64,000 nt of DNA from contig JAAPAO010000086.1 of NCBI GenBank assembly GCA_013115145.1, forward strand, positions 1-64,000. Reading direction: 5' to 3'. Both the position numbers and the translations under genes were made by a program. The notes beneath the pieces were generated by a model. The model ran no database searches. It saw only the letters and a list, made by a program, of their open reading frames with translations, and was not told the DNA's origin. Origin of the DNA: Perkinsus chesapeaki ATCC PRA-425 (lineage: Eukaryota > Protista > Perkinsozoa). Of the stretch, positions 35,092-45,207 are shown in pieces; the first letter of the stretch is position 1, and the number at the start of each line of letters is the position of its first letter.

Positions 35092-36993
35092 ATGTACGCC
35101 GACTTGTTCTTCATACTTAAGTTGAGGTATGCTGGAGAGTCACTACGGAGTCGATGCCCCTTTAGTAGCATCACTACTATTGCCGATATCTACAGGTAGC
35201 TATTTCATACCGACAATTCCGTACAGTTTTGACTATTAGTCTTATCGAAGAGGCTTGGCCAGCGCTGAAGACTGCCAAGTACACAGTACGGGTGCATGAG
35301 GGCAGGGACCTTGCCACCTACGACAAGAACGCCGCCACTTCCGCGTTGGTGAACAGCGACTGTGGTGTGATGGTGGCTGGCTCACCGAGGGAAGTGCGCA
35401 TGGACATTCAAGGTGGCCCTGATGTCACACCAATCAAGAACCGATCTTCGAGCCCTCCGAAGCCTATGGACGGTCATGAGGTCGCCGTGCTTCATCTGAA
35501 CACATGTCATCACTGTGGTATGGGCCCCATTATCGGGAGATGGTATGAAATAGGGTTTGGACCGCCGCTGCACAAAATCTGTCTCCTTTTGTCAGTTACA
35601 AATGTTCCACTTGCTCCGACTTTACCTTCTGTTCCCGTTGTTATGGCCGCCACGATCCAAGCCACACTCTCACTGTGGTCAGTACAGCTCTCGACGGCAT
35701 GTGGGACAGTCGTGAGGTTGTCGCTGTGTGCAAGGACTTCCTCAATCTGGTTCGCAATATGGGGGAGCCATGGCCTGGCGATCTCGTTAAGTAAGTCCCC
35801 CTTTCTCGTCCGTCCTGATGCCTACCTCAGGATCAAGGACCTCCAGCTGCCCGATCAAAACGTGCCCCTTATGATAGGGGAGACGTTCCCGAAGGCTGAC
35901 CCTCCTTCCAGAGAGGTGCAGCCTGGCCTGTGTAAAGATGGCTGCTCCTTTATAAGCTACAGGATATTCTGTCATTGCTGCAGCAGTGCTGTCAGTAGAG
36001 CCAGACAGTACTACCCACCACGGTCTGCTCCCTATGCCATCCTGTCCCCTAGGTTGCGTTGTGACGGTCGAGCTGACATCAACCTCTGTGATTCCTGTTA
36101 TCTCACTCATCGCACCGTGGCATTGAAACTTGCTAACAAATGCTCGAGGATCGTCACACCATCGCTTTGGAATGATGGCAATGACGAGGCGGTTGAACTG
36201 GTGCACTATGGCTCTACCTGTGATGAGTGTGGGGTGTCCCCTATTGTGGGCCGGAGGTGAGGCTACTGCGTACATGATGAAAAGGAGACAGTTTTTGTGT
36301 CGTGGTATCGGTAGGTACAAGTGCAACTACTGTGCCGAGTACGAGCTATGCAATAGATGCTTCAAAGAGCCCGCCAACAAACAACATCGATTGGAGCATC
36401 TCTTCACTCTCATAGTCAGACCGGCCAAGCTTTGGACGGTGCACACGAAGGACCAGACTGGAACCCTCTTCAGTGAGATGCCCTGTGAGATGTGCGGCAT
36501 CCATCCTCCGGGCGGGGCCAGGTAAAGTCATTGTCGTTTGGCCGTCGCCATCAGTGCCTTTCTGTGTAGGTATACCATTAAGTGCGATTGCAAGGCCCAG
36601 ATGTGCTATGATTGCTATAAGGATGATTTACAAGGGCAAGCGGTCCTGTTGCGTGGGGAATTCTTCGACTACCCGAACCCGGTGAGCATGCAGGCCAGCA
36701 TGGACCGAGAAAGGCAGCGACTCATTTTAAAAAGTAACGTAGGAAATTAGGGCACTTTCGTCAGTGGCTTTTTAGACTCCTTTGCCTCCAACTTGCCTAT
36801 TGGTCTGATGATGGACTCGACTAAGGGGAAGAGTAATAAAGAAGGGGCTCCCAAAGGAAGGGTAGTGAGCGTCTGCGTGCTACGGTAGTAGGGATTTACG
36901 GTACAGGTCATTTGGGCTGATGAGATGCCCCGTGAAGTTAAACCTCACCATAGGATTGTTCGGGCAAGCTGTGGGTGTGGTGGCCATCACTAG
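35092..36993 (+). CDS. PB1-like + four ZZ-type zinc finger protein, paralogue C (3' end approximate)
   Basis: MYADLFFILKLRYAGES...IEEAWP; CHHCGMGPIIGRW/YKCSTCSDFTFCSRC, CHCCS..CDGRADINLCDSC, HYGSTCDECGVSPIVGRR/YKCNYCAEYELCNRC, CEMCGIHPPGGAR/..MCYDCY; downstream exon VQVIWADEMPREVK matches paralogue B. Confidence 0.78.
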
Positions 36994-37324
36994 GATCATT
37001 CATTAATAGCCGTAATGCAGTGTTATGGCCGAATAGGCCATGGTACGTACTAGCTCCTCGCTTCTTCTTCTTATTGAGTAGCTTGAAGCGTTAACGATTT
37101 TGCACTGGAGATGAGTAGTAGCATATTGCACTTACACAATGATTTCAGTTCTCCTAATGTTTCAATTAGCCTCTCTTTTGTTGGGTTACTAATACTTGGT
37201 CGATCGACGCTGGTGGGAGTGACCGCGCGCCACGCTATTCCTTCAGTGCCCCCTTGCTTATACCGTACTTGCCCTTATCACCATTCATCCTCGTCGCTCA
37301 ATAAAGCAGGCAAGCAGCGTGAGA

Positions 37325-39171
37325 ATGGAGTGGGCCTATGGCCTCCTGGCCTCCATCACTGCCTTTACTCTAACCTTCCTAGTCTATAATGTCTACTTCG
37401 TCATGGACCATAGACAGCAGGTCTTAGGTAGTGGGGTGTGGTGGGCATACTAGTGGGACTTTGGACGCAATTAGATTGTCACTTCTCCCGTAGTGTTGTA
37501 GAACTATACGTACGACCACTGAGGCCAGGGTCAGGGTTTTCGAATGGTATGAGGTTGGTGTCGAAACTCGTTGGCAGAGTCACACTGGAGTGGGTACAAC
37601 CAGTTGCTCACAGTATGGCATTATAGTAGATATGGTACGGCTAACCAATCACTATATAGTTGAAGAATAGATCTCAAAGAGCTCGCAACTGGTGCTTCTC
37701 TCAAGGGTATGACTGTATTATTATCGCTCAGCAGTGCAATGGGTGACTTGACAGCGGGAAATATGCCTACCGTGGTAGGAAGCTCTCCAAAGCGGCGACC
37801 TTAGCCTCATTTTTCCTCTTATTGACACCTTCTGAGAGCCGCTTAGCCCGCGTCTATCTAGCCTCCAATTCAGGCGGTACTGCAGGGGTGTGGGGGCTTC
37901 GGGAGTGGATGCTGGCAATGGCGTTTGATGTACCATGGCTGCTATGTTTAATCTGTTACCTTCGGTAAGCCAGCCCAGCTGCTCTCAACTTGGTAGTGCC
38001 AAGGCTTCTCTCTGTAGTGTATTGATGACTAAGCCTGGTAAGGTGCCCAGAAGGTGGACGGAATACGTCACTAAGAACTCTATACGGGTCAGCGTCACCG
38101 AGCAGTCCACATTCCAAGTGGGTGCTTGAATCCTTCCTACTGCTCTCACCAGTCCTTATCAGCCTCGAGCGTCATCTATTTGTGGTGCCTGTATGCGACA
38201 TAGGCCTGAGAGAGCCCATCACTGCACTGTGTGTGGAGAGTGTGTCCTCCGCCATGATCATCATGATTGAGTCACTGGTAGGGCCTTTTCGGAAGCGCTG
38301 CGCTTACTCCCTAGAAAAATGTCGACTATCCATTACTCCTCCTCAGCTCACTTTCAATCTTCATCGGTTCGTCACGGGAAGTACTCACTAGTGCTTTGGT
38401 CCGAAAATTTGCCAGCTTCGCGCGGAGTTCTCGGAAAAATCTTCCCCTTACAATCCGATAATATGCGCATCTTTCAGCTAGTTGCCTTGATTCAGGTGCT
38501 TGCATTGGGTTCCGCAACCACAAGTTCTACGTACTATTCCTCTTCTACGGAGCCCTAGCCTCAACAGTCTTCCTCTTGCTCATCGTACCGCATCTCTCCA
38601 TTCGAGTAGGAAGTATCAGAAAGTCCTTGTTGGCACCAATCCTGTAGATGATGTCCTCTGGTCCACAGGCCAGCTTCCTACCACTGTCGAGTGCAGCGTG
38701 TAGGACCATCGAGGCTTCCATAGCTATGGTTGCAGTAAGGACGATATCATCCCAGTCTCTCAGGCAGCCTGCTTTATCAGTTCCTAGCACTCCCTTACTT
38801 CTACTTCAATCTCCCTCTACAGTGCTCTCAGCTGTGCCGTAACGTCACGGCTCACGAGGCCGAATATGTCGCCACTAATCCTTATGATCTCGGCACTAGG
38901 GTGGCCAATGCGGCAGCTGTAACACCGGGAGGCCACGTGAGGCGGGACTCGGTTGCTTCAGGTTTTTGGGACGAGCTTTGGTCCGATGTTCTTGTACTGG
39001 TTGCTGCCAGTGGACCCTTGTCGTCCTGAGAGCGATGGTCTCTTCTATCCAGTAGCATCGAGCCCGGGGATGTCCACAGCTTGCTCGGTGGAGGATGGTG
39101 GTGGTATGGAGCATTCAATCCAGGCTCTATTAGGGAGAGCTCGTGGAGATACTAAACACATAGATAGGTAG
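37325..39171 (+). pseudogene. DHHC-type palmitoyltransferase with in-frame TGA at the catalytic motif (pseudogene or recoded)
   Basis: TM segments, MTKPGKVP, CGACMRHRPERAHHCTVCGECVLRHDHHD-TGA, then ACIGFRNHKFYVLFLFY, NVTAHE, NPYDLG and FG...LYWLLPV. All family hallmarks are present except DHHC itself. Confidence 0.7.
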
Positions 39172-39571
39172 GCGAGGAGAAACATGAGACCGATAGAACC
39201 ACTTTACTCCACCGTCATCGCTCACCGACGACTTTTGGCAGCCCGATTGCGACAGGCTGCTGCCAGGTGCTTCGGTGGCTTCATGACCGCTTCTAGGTTA
39301 CTGGATCCGGACATGAAACACTTGATTACGAGCGGTAAAAGGAACTCTCTAGCTGCCATCGAGTTCCATGAGGATGCTGCTGACGAAACCACTCGACTGT
39401 GAGCTCCTACATGCTCTCTTCACCTGCATCCCCCTTCCGCAGAGCCCCACCATCAAGAAGCTCCTCGTACTGCTCGACTTCATGCATACTGTGAGTGTTA
39501 CTGTCATGTGGTTACTGTCATAAGTGCTGTCTTTACCATTATTTGATTTGCGTTGTCTAACCATCACCGTT

Positions 39572-39593
39572 ACCGTAGCCTTTCCTGTTTTAC
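39572..39593 (+). other. Spliced-leader-like sequence immediately upstream of the MMS19 ATG
   Basis: ACCGTAGCCTTTCCTGTTTTAC; first 9 nt identical to the Perkinsus/dinoflagellate SL (ACCGTAGCCATCTTGGCTCAAG), 13/22 ungapped overall. Confidence 0.35.
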
Positions 39594-39594
39594 A

Positions 39595-42405
39595 ATGGCA
39601 GCAAGTCCTGCTGCGGATGGGCGGCCAGAGTCGGATCCAGTGGCCTTGCTGACATCTAAAGGCATCGACCGATCAGAGCGTGCGGTAGCGCTATCGACTC
39701 TACTGATATCGATCAACAAGGGTCGCATGTCTCTGTTGGAGTTGGTCCAGCAGCTACAAAGCAAGCTGATCAGTGAAGACTCTGCCGTGAGAAGGCTTGC
39801 TGTCGAGCTCCTCTCTGACGTTGTGGAGCGGCTCCCGAAGCTACCCCTTGGTTCTATGCAAGTGAAGACCGTTGGACGCTTCTTTGTCGACAAGCTCGAG
39901 GACTGGGTGTGCATCGAGTTTGCCTTAAAGGGTCTCATCGGACTGCTGACCAACCACGGCCGTAAGCTGGCCAGGGTGAAGCTGACAACTGAAGAAGTCA
40001 ACAAGGAGGCGGAGACCGATGACTACATTGGCATGCTTCTTACTGGTGATGAGCGGTTTGAAGACACTAACCGCGCTGAGGTGCCCGAGTTTCACTGTGA
40101 AATGTTCCTACACGTTATTATCAAACACGTACTGCTCTACGTAAATGCCCCTTCCCAGAGCCAACCGGTGCGGTATGCTGTCCTGCAGCTACTGGAGTTG
40201 ATCCTAAATCAGCCAGAGCTCCGCGAACAAGTCATTGGGCAGGGAACAGTGGCGAAGGTGTTGGTCCAAGGTGTGGTTATGGAATGTGAAGATGAGAGGG
40301 ATCCACGAAATCTGCTATTGGCATTCAAGGTGCAACACCACGCCCTCTGCTTTTATGCGGAGCATTTACAACGGCTTGAGGACGACAACAATGAGATGTC
40401 GGATGGTGGGTTCGAACCCGCGACTGAAATGGCCAACTACGCCCAAGTCGTCTTTGAGGCTGCCACTGTGTATTTTCCAGTGAAGTTCCAGCAACGTGAC
40501 AGCGACTTAGCGGACATATCGCAGGAGCAGCTCAGTCGGGCGCTTTACAACGTTCTCTTCGAAACTGATGAGGCCATGGTCCGCCTGGCGATGCCCTTCC
40601 TGCTGGATGTCCTTGCCGATCCAGAAGACGAGCTCAGCATGCTAACCGCTCAGCGCTACATCAGTGAGGCGATAATAACAAGCCCCTATAAAGCCTTCAT
40701 TGCTAAGGAGTATTCTAGGCGAACGTTTTCCGTTTGCCTAGGGCAGGTCACCAAGGAAACTGCCCCGTTGAAGTTCCTGCTGTGCGAGCTCTGGCTCGGC
40801 TTCGTCCGCGAGACTGGTGCTAAAAACTGCAGAGATGCGGTGGAGTCTCTACTCTTCATGTTTGCCAAGTCTCCAGAGTCCGACGATGATCCGAAGGCCG
40901 TAGGAGTCCAGCAGCTCCTCCTTGCCAGTGGTCGAGGCAGCTTCGAGCTCTATGATGAGATCGTGAGACGTGCCTTTTTGCCTTCCCTATCATCTGACCA
41001 CATTGTTGCTGAGGACACACATGCTGTTGTGGAGTTCTGTATGAAGTTTCTTAGCGAAGGAACGATATGCGATGAGGGACTTGCTGGCGAAGCCGCAGAG
41101 TGCCTTCTGAAACTGCCGCAAAAGGACATACAATCTGCGCTGGCAGCCGTGGTCCCGTCGTGCGCAGCTGACTGTACGGTGGTTAGTAAGGCCGCGAAGA
41201 TGGCCATCACTCGACGATGGACTGGTGTTGTGAAGGCAGCCTACCCCAAGCATGCTAAGCTTACTCTGGAAGAGATAATTCCAACCCTGAAAGGATCTCA
41301 AGCTCAGACCGGCGATATGGCGTGTGCCGTTGTTGGCAAAGTGCTCCTAGATCACCCCACTGAGGCGAAGGCGTTACTGGACACGGTTGATGTCATTGAC
41401 GTCGCCAGATGGTCAGAATGGCCGGCTAACGCCAGCGACTTCCTGGTGGATTCCCTCCCCGATGTGGAGACCTGGCCGTGGCCCGTTATCGTTGCCAGCC
41501 CCATCCACGAAGGATCACTGGCCTCTCTGGCATCCAGGTTGGCAAGTGATAATCAAGCCATGTGCCAAAAAGTGGTATCACTGGTCGAGTCGAATCCTCG
41601 ACGATACGCCGGTCTCTTGGCTGACTTACCCGTGGAGATGTTGGCGAGTTGCCTAGTGGGTGACTGGGCGTCATTGTTCACATCAGTCGTGCTCGACCCT
41701 GCTGCGGCCCTCAAGGTCTTGGAGGCCTGCCCGGAAAGTGCCTTCGATACTTGTCTCGATTCGGCTCTTAAGAAGGATGCCGAGCCTGTCATTTGGGCTA
41801 CAGTTATGAGAGTCGGTATAAATAGGCATCGGGAGAAGGCTATAGAACTAGGGAAAGCTTCGATCACGATTCCGAGCCTGAAGCACCTTCTACATAGCAC
41901 TACGGTTACACTCGATGAGCCCACAAAAAGCACTATAGTATCCGGTTTGCACGATGCTACTGCAGACCGCGGGGTGGCAATGTGTTTGCTCAGCGCACTA
42001 GACACTGCCGACCTCGAGGCCTATGGTGATGAGCCACGGAGATTGATGTTGACCGGTCTGAAGGACAGAGGAGAGCCCTTCATCTTTGCTTGCAAGCTGT
42101 TAATGCGACTGTTATCTCGGCCGCTGCTTCGGGCAGACTCTCAGAGCATTATCCCTCCCTTGTGTGATGCGTTGGATGCTATGGACTGCCGAGCTTTGAC
42201 ATCGATTGCTGCTTGCCAATGCCTATATAGAATAGGAAGGATGAGCGAACTGGCCGAGCTCATACCAAAGGATTACTTCCAAAGGGTCTTCCACTCCCTC
42301 AAGGGACCCTTAGCCCACCACAAGATGGTCGTCAGACGGCAGGCGACCATTACCTATGGCGTCTGGATGTGCGCGCAAGTCGACGGATTCTGTGAACGAC
42401 AATAA
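39595..42405 (+). CDS. MMS19: MMS19/Met18 (CIA targeting complex HEAT-repeat protein), intronless
   Basis: Uninterrupted ORF of about 936 aa from Met 39595; N-terminal MMS19 motifs LLELVQQLQSKLISED..VR, FFVDKLEDW, EDERDPRNLLLAF, VYFPVKF; C-terminal HHKMVVRRQA..W. Confidence 0.88.
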   Translation: MAASPAADGRPESDPVALLTSKGIDRSERAVALSTLLISINKGRMSLLELVQQLQSKLISEDSAVRRLAVELLSDVVERLPKLPLGSMQVKTVGRFFVDKLEDWVCIEFALKGLIGLLTNHGRKLARVKLTTEEVNKEAETDDYIGMLLTGDERFEDTNRAEVPEFHCEMFLHVIIKHVLLYVNAPSQSQPVRYAVLQLLELILNQPELREQVIGQGTVAKVLVQGVVMECEDERDPRNLLLAFKVQHHALCFYAEHLQRLEDDNNEMSDGGFEPATEMANYAQVVFEAATVYFPVKFQQRDSDLADISQEQLSRALYNVLFETDEAMVRLAMPFLLDVLADPEDELSMLTAQRYISEAIITSPYKAFIAKEYSRRTFSVCLGQVTKETAPLKFLLCELWLGFVRETGAKNCRDAVESLLFMFAKSPESDDDPKAVGVQQLLLASGRGSFELYDEIVRRAFLPSLSSDHIVAEDTHAVVEFCMKFLSEGTICDEGLAGEAAECLLKLPQKDIQSALAAVVPSCAADCTVVSKAAKMAITRRWTGVVKAAYPKHAKLTLEEIIPTLKGSQAQTGDMACAVVGKVLLDHPTEAKALLDTVDVIDVARWSEWPANASDFLVDSLPDVETWPWPVIVASPIHEGSLASLASRLASDNQAMCQKVVSLVESNPRRYAGLLADLPVEMLASCLVGDWASLFTSVVLDPAAALKVLEACPESAFDTCLDSALKKDAEPVIWATVMRVGINRHREKAIELGKASITIPSLKHLLHSTTVTLDEPTKSTIVSGLHDATADRGVAMCLLSALDTADLEAYGDEPRRLMLTGLKDRGEPFIFACKLLMRLLSRPLLRADSQSIIPPLCDALDAMDCRALTSIAACQCLYRIGRMSELAELIPKDYFQRVFHSLKGPLAHHKMVVRRQATITYGVWMCAQVDGFCERQ

Positions 42406-42491
42406 TTTCCCTGTAGAGTTTCCCTTCTGCAGTGCGTTTGTTGTGTTGTTAATTTATCGACCATGAACACACTACAGTGCCCACTAATGAC

Positions 42492-45207
42492 ATGGCCCAT
42501 CCATTCAACGTGAGGCTCGAAAAAGCGCAAGAGCTAGCGGCTAAGGTGGTCGCACGCCCCCCTTTACCAACTTATGAACGTGACACTATAGGTGATCACC
42601 GAGCAAACTCCCATACCTCTCGAGGCAGCAACGGTTCTCAGTCGTGACCCACGTACTACTAGAACAAGAGTAGAGCTCTCCGAAGGTGAAGGGTTGACCG
42701 TTGCTGCGTAGATGCCACTCCATTCAGTCGTAACATTTCTCTGCACGGAAGCTGCTAGGCCTCGAAGCCCGCCCATCCCCGTGTTCCGAGCCCTCGGAGC
42801 TTGCGATGAGGATCGGCTCCTGGAGATTGCGGAACGACTACGGCTGCTCTGGTGAGAGAGCTTCCTATTCTATCCCATCTGATAGCCTGCCTCAGCTTCC
42901 CAGCTAACACTATTGCCATCGACACCAAGGATCCTCGACCGTTCCTTTGGGTGCTTTCGGGCGGCTTTTACAAGCGAGTGAGGTATGGTATGAATCCTAA
43001 GGACCATGCCGCTAAACAAGGAGGAAAGGATACCAGTTCGAAGGAGCCTCATCAATACATGGTGCGTTCGAGATAGGCGACGCATCAACCGAAGTTGCAT
43101 TAGGCACTCAGCGAGCACGGTCCAGGGGAAACATGCTATTCGCTGGCACATATCTCGGCAGAACCCGCGAATGCTCCTGTCGACCGGAGCTCAAGCGTGA
43201 AATCAGACGCCGGTGGCAGCTGGGCTTACGGTGGGGTATCATAATCTCTGCTGGAAGTACCCTTCGATCAGATCATACATGGGACCATCAGCTCGTGACA
43301 GCTTCCGACGTGCCTCACACTTTCTGTCTCGTTCTGCTGCGTGAAGACTACATTGAGCTAGTACGCGATAAAGAGTTGAAGGTAGGGTGGTAGCAAAGTG
43401 ACTGAGGCCCAAACCATGGCGGTCAGGCGCTGAGGGACCTGGCGCAATCGATGCTTCAGCCGGGCTTCCTTCCGCCAGAGGAGTCCAAGCTAGAGCGTGC
43501 GGTTGACATCCTGAGCCTAGGAAACTGGCGTCGAGTGAGACCGATAGTCGGGCACCATCACGCAGAGAAATAATCAGTTTCAACGAGGCCAGACTGTGGT
43601 TCGACAAGGCTGCCGTTTAAGCAAGATCTATATGATAGTCAGCGGCGCTTGTGAGGTGCTTACATCCGAAGAGTCGACGAATTGCGTAAACACGGTTTCG
43701 AAAGAAAGTGGGTTAGTACACTCAGTCGGCATGATGGTACTGGTTCAGCTCGAGGAGAGAGATTGATCGAGAAAGACCGCACAAGGAAAACGCTGCAAGT
43801 GTTGGCAAGCCCTGCTTACAACACATCGGCACACAAACGAAGGCCGCTCCGTCCGCGGCGGCAGGAAACCGTCGTCAGTAGGGAGTCTGCTGCCCATATT
43901 CTTTACCGATGTATCGTTTAGGCGTTCTCCAATCCGGTGCTTTAGTTTGCCAAGAATGCCTCCTCTCTGTATTTTCTACTTCATCGCCAAGCTCATACGC
44001 ATGTCGTTCCGATCCTACCGCACTTGGCAATCATTTCAAGGTGGCAGCGTACTCACCTCAGTAGGGGTTCATGTTCATTAGGACCTACTTCGTTCCCCTT
44101 GTTCGGGCTACATTCGAAGCGCGTTCACCCTGCGCGCGGCTCGCTTAGGCCACAGCCCTCTGAGCGAGGGGGCCACTTTGCTCGAGCTCGACGTCTCTTT
44201 ATGGCACAGGCTCGCCAAGGTTAGAGCAGCTCAGAATTCAGTCTCATAGGAGTCTCCTTGGTAGATCCACTTCGGTGACATTTCCAAGGATGGCCAGGAC
44301 GCCCTCGAACAGGAACTAGTGCAGGTTTTCTACGAGCGCCAAAATAGGCTCTGTCGAATGAAGAAATCGCGTAAGCTTCATGCTGCACCGCTGTGGACAA
44401 GCACTCGGTCGATAGGTCTGGAAGCTGCGTGTGATAGCCGGATCCAACAGGCCAAGCTGATGAGGCAGCGACGGAAAAAACTGTGAGTATCTCTATTCAG
44501 TGCGATAGCTATGCTCCTTTGTTAGGCTTCATGAACAGGGCGGAGTCCGTGAGCAGTCAGGTATACTGCTGAAGCTTGAAGACGCTAAGACCCTGTTTGT
44601 ATAGATTCTGCCACCTCCGACTCTGACAGCTCGGATACTAAGCCGAAGCTGCCATCTATGGAAGGATTGGTGTGTTTGAGATGTGGGTTGGCTTTCTCGA
44701 TGGACTTCCCCACGTGTCATCTCAGTTCATTCGAGAGGGCCAGATCAAGAGCTAACGCCGGCGATGGAGAGGACTCTAGAGTGCTCTTACCAAGGGCGTG
44801 CCTCTCACCCTAGACGTGCCTCGCAGGTTCTTCCGCGCTAACTCCTACAAGAATGCCGTCAAGAAGCTAATGCATCGAATGGAAGAAAAGCGCGCCGCGT
44901 TGAACAATAATCCGCAACCGTTCAATCCGATCACCCAGGAGGAGCAGAAGGCAGCTGAACGATTCGGCCGACTGCCCCTGGAGAAAAGGGTAGGGACACA
45001 AGCCAATTATGAAGGATGATAGCCTTGCTCCATCTAGGCCGCTATAAGAAGCATCCAGCAGGCGAAGCATGCACTAGAGCCACGAGCAATACCGGCTATT
45101 ATGGACGCGCCAAGGCTGAGGGCCGTTCATGCCGCACAAGCGACAACCTTCATGACAGAGGACCCGTCACTATACGCAGATATAAGCCGGTGAGGATCAA
45201 CGCTTAG
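42492..45207 (+). CDS. One or more hypothetical multi-exon proteins
   Basis: MAHPFNVRLEKAQELAAKV start and a series of GT-AG-bounded open segments (e.g. IHFGDISKDGQDALEQELVQVFYERQ, RRFFRANSYKNAVKKLMHRMEEK). No recognisable domain; gene number unresolved. Confidence 0.4.
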
